A stretch of 64,000 nt of DNA from an uncultured delta proteobacterium (lineage in GTDB: Bacteria > Desulfobacterota > Binatia > Binatales > Binataceae). Below the pieces are notes generated by a model. The model was not told the origin of the DNA, did no database searches, and worked only from the letters and a program-made list of their open reading frames with translations. Positions 56,987 to 64,000 of the stretch are shown here, piece by piece. The stretch lies in NCBI GenBank assembly GCA_963755705.1, contig CAVWKW010000003.1, positions 769,930 through 833,929 on the forward strand. The letters are read 5' to 3'. Numbering within the stretch: position 1 is the first letter of the stretch; every line of letters begins with the position of its first letter. A program made the translations under genes and the position numbers.

Positions 56987-57687
56987 GCGTCGCGCAGGCA
57001 ATCCCAAGCGCCGGCCTCGCCCGCCGCGAGCGTCGCGTCGCACGGCCCAAGGTCGCGGTCGATACGGTCCTGTTCGCGATCCAGGAGCGCAAGCTCAAGA
57101 CCTACCTGGTGCGGCTGCGGCGCGGACCTGCGCGCGGCAAGTGGGCCTTCCCCGGAGGGCTGGTGCGAATCGGCGAGCTGCTCGACGACGCCGCCCGGCG
57201 CGAGCTGCGCGCCTCGACCGGACTCGCCGACGCATACCTGGAACAGCTCTTCACCTTCGGAGATCCCTCGCGCGATCCGCATTCGCACGTGGTTTCGGCG
57301 GCATACATGGCGCTGATTCCCGACGCGAACGCGGTCACTGGGCCGTCGTCCAAATACGGCGAGCGCGGATGGTTCGAGGTTAGTGCGCTGCCGCCGCTGG
57401 CTTACGATCATTCGCTGATGGCGGCGTACGCGTTCCGGCGGCTGTGCTCGAAGCTCGAATATAGCAATATCGCGTACGCGCTGCTGCCGCGGGTGTTCAC
57501 TTTCGCCGAGTTCGAGGAGCTCTACTCGCGGATCCTCGACCGTCCGATCGATCGGCGCAACTTCCGGCGCCGGATCCTCGCGATGGGCCTGCTCCGGCGG
57601 CTCAAACAGACCCGCCGCGGACCGCATCGCCCTGCCGCCCTCTATACCTTTACTTTGCAGAGCCTCCAGATGATCGAAATGCTATAA
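56984..57687 (+). CDS. NrtR-like Nudix hydrolase domain + C-terminal winged-helix regulator (probable NAD-metabolism repressor)
   Basis: The Nudix fold (VAVDTVLFAIQERKLKTYLVRLRRGPARGKWAFPGGLV...RELRASTGL) is followed by a ~90-aa wHTH-like tail. No in-frame ATG, GTG or TTG exists after the nadA stop. The start is either a CTG at 56984 or inside nadA. The start is uncertain. Confidence 0.55.
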
Positions 57688-57707
57688 TCAGCTAGAAGAG
57701 TTGCCTG

Positions 57708-58145
57708 ATGCAGAACAGCACCAAAGGAATAGTCGGAGTCGTACTGGCGATATTATTTATGGCGGCCGCGGCGTATGCGTTTTTCGGCCAGACGCCGCAG
57801 GCGTCGGAGCCAGGAGTCGTGCCCGTGGCAAGTGGCGCCGGTAACGCTGATCCCGCGGCGAAGCTGCGGATGACGCTCGACCCGCAACTGTTCCAGGGCG
57901 ACGTCAGAAAGGCCTACCAGGTCGCTCAGGATGATCCGGCGCTGCTGGCGCAGATGCATTGTTATTGCGGATGCGACCGGACCGAGGGTCACAAGAACCT
58001 GCTCGATTGCTTCCGCGACAAGCACGGCAGCACCTGCGCGATCTGCACCGGTGAAGCAATCGAGGCCGAGCAGCTTTCGCGCCAGGGGATGCCGGTCGAA
58101 CAGATCCGAGACTCACTCCGAGCGCGCTACGCAAACGGAGACTGA
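57708..58145 (+). CDS. PCYCGC-motif periplasmic protein
   Basis: An N-terminal TM/signal anchor is followed by HCYCGCDRTEGHKNLLDCF...CAIC, the PCYCGC-domain signature. Confidence 0.55.
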   Translation: MQNSTKGIVGVVLAILFMAAAAYAFFGQTPQASEPGVVPVASGAGNADPAAKLRMTLDPQLFQGDVRKAYQVAQDDPALLAQMHCYCGCDRTEGHKNLLDCFRDKHGSTCAICTGEAIEAEQLSRQGMPVEQIRDSLRARYANGD

Positions 58146-58148
58146 AGC

Positions 58149-58757
58149 TTGTTAGCCTTGGCATCCGCGTACATCGAGCATTTCACCTATGCGGGATTGT
58201 TCGTGGTTTTGATGCTGTGCGGCCTCGGTCTGCCGCTGCCGGAAGACGTGGCGCTGCTCGCCGGCGGCTTTCTGGTGCATCGCGGGGTTACGCATTATCC
58301 GATGACGCTTGCAGTATCGCTGGTCGGAGTGGTCGCGGGCGACAACTCGCTGTTTTTCCTCGGACGCCGTTTCGGCACCGGACTGGTGCGATATTTCGGA
58401 ATCAACCGGCCGGGGACCAAGGTCCAGCTCGATCGTATCCGCGATTTCATGGAACGCCATGGTCATCGCGCGATTTTCTATGCGCGCTTTCTGGCGGGCC
58501 TGCGCGCGCTGGTCTATCTGAGCGCGGGATCGTTCGGAGTCACGCCCGCGCGATTTTTTTTCTACGATCTGATGGGCGCGGTAATCTCGGTTCCGATTGT
58601 GGTCTCGATCGGCTACCTGTTCGGCGGACAGCTCGAAATGGTAATTCATTACGTCGGCGGCTTCGAGCGGGTTATCTGGGTGGTCGTGGTGCTCTCGCTG
58701 GCGATATACGGAACCCGGCTGCTGGTGCTCCGGAAGTCCAGCGCCAGCGGTACCTGA
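58149..58757 (+). CDS. DedA/SNARE-associated (TVP38/TMEM64) family membrane protein
   Basis: GLPLPEDVALLAGGFLV...GRRFG carries the DedA motifs. 202 aa. Confidence 0.75.
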   Translation: MLALASAYIEHFTYAGLFVVLMLCGLGLPLPEDVALLAGGFLVHRGVTHYPMTLAVSLVGVVAGDNSLFFLGRRFGTGLVRYFGINRPGTKVQLDRIRDFMERHGHRAIFYARFLAGLRALVYLSAGSFGVTPARFFFYDLMGAVISVPIVVSIGYLFGGQLEMVIHYVGGFERVIWVVVVLSLAIYGTRLLVLRKSSASGT

Positions 58758-58822
58758 AGCTACGCCTGGCGGACCGCAGAGGCAGGCTTATCTGCCACGC
58801 TAATGTGCCGAGCTAATCTCCA

Positions 58823-60289
58823 ATGACGATACCGGCTCTTAACCTCAAGGCGAAACTGATCCTCCTGATGGTAGTGCTGCTCGCACTGACCCTCGGCGCG
58901 GAAGTCTGGTTCAGCCTTGGCACCCAGGCCGCGATAATCGAGACCACCCAGCAGCGGGTCAAAGATCTCGCCAGCGCCATTCAAATCAGCGTTCAGGAAC
59001 TGACCTCGGTCGGCAACACCGACCGCGAGCGGCTGCCGAACTATGTGAACAGCCTGCACTCCAACGGGCTCGAGGTCTCGATCGCTTCCTCGCGCAACCT
59101 GATCATCAACAGCTCGAATCCGCGGCTGATCGGCGCAGAGCTGGTTCCACGCTCGGCCGACAAGGTGGTCGCCGAACAACTCAAGCAGGGCAGCGAGATT
59201 CTGACGATTCCGGCGACCCGGCTCGGACCGGCATCAAAGGCAACCACCGTTTACCTGATTCCGGTCGAGGTCGAGGATCATCTGCTCGGCTACGTGCAGG
59301 TGGTGGCGAATTTCGGCGACTTCGCGCAGCCCCTGGCCACGACCCGGATGCATCAGCTTTACGTCGCGTTCGGAATCTTCGCACTCGGGCTGGTGTTCGC
59401 GTATATCCTGGCCGATCGCTACGTCAAGCCGATTCACGCGGTGGCGGACGCGGCCCAGAATATCGCGGCGCGCGGACTCGAGCCGGTGCCCGAAGCGCAT
59501 CGCCGCGACGAGATTGGACTTCTCACCCGCAGCTTCAATGAGATGGTCGAGCAGTTGCGCCATGCGCGCGAGCGCGAGCAGGAGCTCAACCGCCTCGAGC
59601 GCTTCACCGCGCTCGGGCAATTGGCCGGGGGCCTTGCCCATGAGATAAAGAATCCGCTCAACTTCATCAGCCTGGCGCTCGACCAGATGCGCACCCGCTA
59701 CGCGCGGATGCTGACGCAGGATTCGGAGAACTTCGTGCGCCAGGTGATGCTGATGAAGGACGAGGTCCGGCGCCTGACCGAGCTGGTGCAAAGCTTTCTG
59801 CATTACGGCCGCCCGATCGAAATTCATCCGGCACCCACCGATGTGAAATCCCTGGTCGAAGGCGTGCTCGCGATCTCGGAATCGAAAATGAAGAGCCAGG
59901 ATATCGAGGTGATCGAGAACGCCGACGGCGTCGCGACCATCTTGAACGTCAACGCGGAAAAGCTGCGCACCTGTTTCATGAACGTGGTCGCCAACGGCGT
60001 GCAGGCAATGCCCGAAGGCGGCACGCTCAAAATCAATTTCGCGCGCGAGGACGACCACCTGGTCCTGACCTTTATCGACACCGGCGCGGGAATCGAGCCC
60101 GACGCGGCCGCCCATGTGTTCGAACCGTTCTTCACCACTAAACGCGAAGGGATTGGGCTGGGACTGTTCCTGTCCAAAGCGATAGTTGAAAAACACGGCG
60201 GGACCATCGTGATCGGTCCGAATCATCCCGGTCCCGGCACTATCGTCACTTTCACATTTCCGCAGACCGGGGTAGGCATCCATCAATGA
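58823..60289 (+). CDS. Sensor histidine kinase (TM sensor + HAMP + HisKA + HATPase_c; NtrB/AtoS-like)
   Basis: The H-box is LAGGLAHEIKNPL. The N-box and G-boxes are NGVQAMPEGG, DTGAGI and GIGLGL. Two TM segments flank a periplasmic sensor region. Confidence 0.8.
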   Translation: MTIPALNLKAKLILLMVVLLALTLGAEVWFSLGTQAAIIETTQQRVKDLASAIQISVQELTSVGNTDRERLPNYVNSLHSNGLEVSIASSRNLIINSSNPRLIGAELVPRSADKVVAEQLKQGSEILTIPATRLGPASKATTVYLIPVEVEDHLLGYVQVVANFGDFAQPLATTRMHQLYVAFGIFALGLVFAYILADRYVKPIHAVADAAQNIAARGLEPVPEAHRRDEIGLLTRSFNEMVEQLRHAREREQELNRLERFTALGQLAGGLAHEIKNPLNFISLALDQMRTRYARMLTQDSENFVRQVMLMKDEVRRLTELVQSFLHYGRPIEIHPAPTDVKSLVEGVLAISESKMKSQDIEVIENADGVATILNVNAEKLRTCFMNVVANGVQAMPEGGTLKINFAREDDHLVLTFIDTGAGIEPDAAAHVFEPFFTTKREGIGLGLFLSKAIVEKHGGTIVIGPNHPGPGTIVTFTFPQTGVGIHQ

Positions 60290-61711
60290 GCCAGGCTTCC
60301 GTATTGGTCGTTGAAGACAACGATCTTGAACGTCAGATAACCGCCGAGACGCTGCGCGAGGAAGGCTTTGCCGTCGAGGAAGCAGCGGTCGGAAAACGCG
60401 CGATGGAGATGCTCGCGCTGTCGCGTTTCGACGTCGTGCTGACCGACCTGATGATGCCCGGGATGTCCGGTGAAGAACTGCTGGCCAAGGTGCGCGTCGC
60501 CTATCCTTCGGCCCAGGTGGTGGTGCTGACCGCGCACGGAACTATCGACAGCGCCGTGCAGGCGATGAAGAACGGCGCGTTTAACTACCTGGAAAAGCCG
60601 ACCGACCGCGAGAAACTGGTGATGGCGGTCGCCAAGGCGGCCGAGCTTGCCAACCTGCAGCAGGAAAATCAACTCCTCAAGCGCAAGCTCGAAGGCAAGT
60701 TCGAGGTCGAAGGAATTATCGGACAGGATCCCGCGATCCAGGAAGTGATCCGGATGATGCGCAAGGTCGCGCCGTCGAACTCGACGGTGCTGATCCAGGG
60801 CGAAAGCGGCACCGGCAAAGAAGTCGTTGCCCGCGGAATTCATCGCCTGTCGCCGCGCGCGCAACGCCAGTTCGTCGCGATAAATTGTTCGGCGATTCCC
60901 GATACGCTGATCGAAAACGAGTTCTTCGGCCACGAACGCGGCGCATTTACCGGCGCGACCGAGCGCAAACAAGGGACTGTTCGAGGCCGCGGATAAATCG
61001 ACCCTGTTCCTGGACGAGATTGCGGATCTGCCGCAGGGCTTGCAGGCGAAGATCCTGCGCGTGTTGCAGGAACGCGAGGTCCGGCGCGTCGGCGGCAACG
61101 AATCATTCCACGTCGATGTCCGCCTGGTCGCGGCAACTAACAAGAGCCTGGCCGAGGAAGTATCTGAAGCGCGTTTCCGCGAGGACCTCTACTACCGGAT
61201 TAATGTCGTAACCATCACGCTGCCGCCGCTGCGCGACCGGCGCGGCGATATACCGCTGCTCGCGAATCACGCACTGACCAAGTTCGGCCATCTGGCCGAG
61301 TCGCGGGTCAAGGAGATCGACCGCGAGGCGATGGAAGTCCTGCTCGACTACTCGTGGCCCGGCAACGTGCGCCAGCTCGAATCGGCGATTGAACGGGCGA
61401 TTCTGCTGTGCGAGGGCGAAACCGTGACGCCGCGGGATCTGCCGCAGGAAGTACTGGCGCGCAAGACGCTGGCGAAATCGGGCGAGCGGCCCGCGCGCAG
61501 CGACGGCTTCGATATTCCATCGGAGGGCATGAACTTCGAGAATTTCGAGCGCGACCTGATCCTGCAGGCGATGGAAAAGAGCGACTGGGTTATCGCGAAG
61601 GCGGCCAAAATGCTCGGGATGAGCTATCGGACGCTGCAATACCGGCTGGACAAGTTCGGGCTCAAACGCGGGGAGGCGAAGCCGTCGGTCGCGGTAAAGC
61701 CACGCGTCTGA
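60286..61711 (+). pseudogene. Sigma-54-dependent response regulator (NtrC family) with a +1 frameshift
   Basis: A receiver domain (60286-) and an AAA+ sigma-54 activator (GESGTGKE, GAFTGA) end prematurely at 60996. Downstream, in the +1 frame, the protein continues LQAKILRVLQEREVRRVGG ... HTH. Removing one A at about 60976 (caaggg-a-ctgttc) restores ...RKQGLFEAADKSTLFLDEIADLPQGLQAKIL. Confidence 0.6.
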
Positions 61712-62113
61712 AGCACTTCTTTTTGTAGCAGAAATCAACCTCTGGTTTTTGCCAAGCGCCAGCATTTTGTTGCAGATCCGCCACCGGATCAGCGCTCAGA
61801 CCCGCCTAGACTAGTCTGGACGGGCCTTTTCTGACGGGCATGAGCCTTGCTCTATCGACCTGCGCCGATTTATTGATCGGGCAATGCCGGAGCGAGAACG
61901 CCGATGGAACTATCGTCGCCGAAGCCAGCCGTCGATTATGAACTCCGAATCAAGCGGGACAGCCGCTCCAAGCCGGGTTCTCAACGCCGCTTCGCGATCT
62001 TCTTACCCTGGTTCTCCCGGCGCGAGATGCCGATGCAGATTCCTCTACGATCGGTCGCCCGTGAGTATGAGGAATTGTTTCATCCTTACGACTAAGCGCG
62101 TCCACCGCGCCGC

Positions 62114-62458
62114 CTAGCCGTCCCGCTCCCATCCTGAAGGCAGATAGATCCAGCATCGCAGCGCGCGAGCGCTGTCGTCTGTAACCTCGATCATCTCGCG
62201 GGTATAGAGCCGCGGGACGTCTTCGTACTGGTCGAGGATCGCAAAGTCGCGCGGATCGAGGCCGCGCAGAATCGCGCCTTCGACTTTAGAACTGCGCTTG
62301 CGAATGACATAGAAATAGCGTGACCGTCCGCGTTCGAAACCGTCCAGGATGGCGGGCGCGTCCGCGATTTCTCGCCCCAACAGACGGGCTCGCTCGCCCG
62401 GCTCGATCAGGGTTCCGTAGACGAACAGGCGCCCCGACGGGGAATTCTGCGCGGCCAT
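62114..62458 (-). CDS. Gamma-glutamyl cyclotransferase-like (AIG2/GGACT family) protein
   Basis: LFVYGTL is the GGCT-family signature YGTL. The start is taken at MAAQNS. Confidence 0.6.
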   Translation of the reverse strand: MAAQNSPSGRLFVYGTLIEPGERARLLGREIADAPAILDGFERGRSRYFYVIRKRSSKVEGAILRGLDPRDFAILDQYEDVPRLYTREMIEVTDDSARALRCWIYLPSGWERDG

Positions 62459-62541
62459 GTCGCTCGGACTGGAAATGGTTCGCGGTTGCCGCTGCATATG
62501 CGGTATGTTAGCTCCAAGCTTTTAGCCGGGGGAGAGTTGAA

Positions 62542-63015
62542 TTGATGTTGCGTCGCACAGGCATTATCGCGCCGGTCCTGATCCTGATGCTCGCGTTCGC
62601 GGGTGCGTCATGTTCCACCAGTTCGAGCTTAAGCAACTCCGCGCTCGCCGCCGGGATGACCCCTGATCAGGCGACGGAGGCGATGGGCCAGCCCGACCTG
62701 AAGGACTCGGTGGCGGATCCGAACCATCCGGGCGCAACCGTGCTGCGCTACGTCTGGCTTGATTCGGGCCAGGTCGCGATCTTCGGCGCGAATAATCGCG
62801 TCGCCAGTATCCAGCATATCGAGCCGGCCGAGGCGACCAAGGAAAAGATCGAAGCGTCGAACCAGCCGCCAGCTTCCTTCGATCCGATCAATACGCCGCT
62901 CAACTATGCATTCTATCCGATTCGCGCCGGGTTGATTTATCTCGGTGCCGGGCTCAATTGCGTCGCGGGCGGAGGGTGCCATCAGCCGCAGTTGCCGTCG
63001 CCCAATCACGGATAG
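62542..63015 (+). CDS. Lipoprotein of unknown function
   Basis: MMLRRTGIIAPVLILMLAFAGASCS carries a lipobox. Confidence 0.5.
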   Translation: MMLRRTGIIAPVLILMLAFAGASCSTSSSLSNSALAAGMTPDQATEAMGQPDLKDSVADPNHPGATVLRYVWLDSGQVAIFGANNRVASIQHIEPAEATKEKIEASNQPPASFDPINTPLNYAFYPIRAGLIYLGAGLNCVAGGGCHQPQLPSPNHG

Positions 63016-63133
63016 GCGCGAGCTTTTAGCGCTGAAATCGACGGGCGCGGCAGCCTTGACCTGTTGCCGCGCCCGTTCTTTTATAGTCTTACGGATCGAA
63101 GCTCATCGCCGCCGCCCGCCGGATCGCGGCACA

Positions 63134-63844
63134 TCAGGTGCGCGCGTTTCCATTCGCCTTGCCATGCCCGTTCGGAGCCGCCGCGGCCACCGCCGCAAAA
63201 TCGAACGCCGGCCGATCGAGCGAAGGCTTGAGCGCGATCGGATTTTCGAACCGGATGATCGTGTGATTTTTCTGGGTCTCGAACCCGAGCGCAAACACCT
63301 TACGCGTCAGGTCCTGCAGGGCTTCTCCCTCGAGCACCATCGGCTGTACCCAGATTTGTTCACCGCTGGCCGAAACGCCGTACGGAAATGCCACCGGCTC
63401 ACACGGTTTGATGAAATGGGTCTGGGTGTACGAAACCGTTCCGTCCCAGGGCTTCGCGATCGGATAGACCAGCATCGCTCGCGCCATTCGCAGCCCGCCG
63501 ATTATCGCAGCGCCGCGCCGCGCCAGAATTCCCGCGCCCTTGGAAAACGACCACAGTTCGCCGCATTCGATCACGGACCACGCGGGATAGTGAGTCAGGT
63601 CGGGCTTGGGATAACTCTGTGGAAAGGTTTCGAGATCGTGCATCGCAAATCCCGACATCGCGCGCTCGATCGGCTCGCCTTCTTTCTCGAACAGCGCATA
63701 CAGTTCGCCGAACGCCATATGCACCCGGCCCAGAGCTGAGCGTGGAGTTTCCTTGAACCCTACGCCATGTTTGGCGCGCGCTTCGTCCATCCGTTGGCCA
63801 AAGATGCGCCGTTCCGTCTCCGATTTCATCAGACGCAGTTCCAT
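63134..63844 (-). CDS. Hypothetical protein
   Basis: 236-aa ORF with balanced composition. I recognise no domain. Confidence 0.4.
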   Translation of the reverse strand: MELRLMKSETERRIFGQRMDEARAKHGVGFKETPRSALGRVHMAFGELYALFEKEGEPIERAMSGFAMHDLETFPQSYPKPDLTHYPAWSVIECGELWSFSKGAGILARRGAAIIGGLRMARAMLVYPIAKPWDGTVSYTQTHFIKPCEPVAFPYGVSASGEQIWVQPMVLEGEALQDLTRKVFALGFETQKNHTIIRFENPIALKPSLDRPAFDFAAVAAAAPNGHGKANGNART

Positions 63845-64000
63845 AGCAGTCCTTCCTCCTACGCGGGGAAAATTCCCCGGTTATTCCGGAGAGAAAGGTG
63901 GCCGCGGGAGGGAGCATGGAAATGCGCAGCCGCCCACTGCTGCGTGGAGCGGTACCGATGGATGGAATTGATCAGTTGAGAAAAGCGGGCGAAGGCCCCC

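Overview
This is a 64-kb, high-GC (~65-68%) bacterial chromosomal segment with dense coding on both strands. Many long antisense ORFs appear, as expected at this GC content, and I treat them as spurious. By inference only, the gene content points to a soil or sediment Gram-negative lineage such as a deltaproteobacterium or an acidobacterial, Rokubacteria- or Binatota-like organism. The supporting gene content is sigma-54 dependent two-component regulation, a Flp pilin, Hanks kinases, an F420-type luciferase-like oxidoreductase and many CaiB-family CoA-transferases. I cannot assign a taxon.

The left third is housekeeping. It carries a fragment of an SuhB-like inositol monophosphatase, sppA, an ADP-forming acyl-CoA synthetase, a D-2-hydroxyacid dehydrogenase and an orphan Flp pilin. 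A conserved minus-strand block follows: rpmE, a terminator, prfA, prmC, murA, hisD, hisB, hisA.

The middle holds two catabolic islands, each with its own TetR regulator. The first has a DapA-family lyase, a PfkB-SIS fusion, a crotonase, a ferritin-like diiron oxygenase, an F420-type LLM oxidoreductase and a CaiB-family CoA-transferase. The second has a class-III aminotransferase, a Rieske oxygenase, a second CaiB gene, a BtuF-like binding protein and an FAD reductase. Between them sit a tightly coupled FHA / zinc-ribbon-TM2 / Ser-Thr kinase (BON-like tail) / PHP phosphoesterase operon and a ClC channel.

The right third contains HtrA, a carotenoid-cleavage-oxygenase plus membrane hydroxylase pair flanked by two PadR regulators, and a MacAB-type efflux system. 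A low-GC (~50%) island follows. In it an intact IS256-family element with a 9-bp target-site duplication has split a secreted S1-like serine protease gene. Further right are an acyl-CoA dehydrogenase, nadA with an adjacent NrtR-like Nudix regulator, PCYCGC and DedA envelope proteins, and an NtrB/NtrC-type two-component pair. The regulator of that pair carries a single-base frameshift.

Three sequence-level observations stand out. A family of related ~100-bp palindromic (MITE- or REP-like) elements brackets the second CaiB gene. The IS256 insertion event can be reconstructed exactly. The FHA-TM2-kinase-PHP operon is an unusual envelope phospho-signalling module.

I found no CRISPR array, rRNA gene or convincing tRNA gene.
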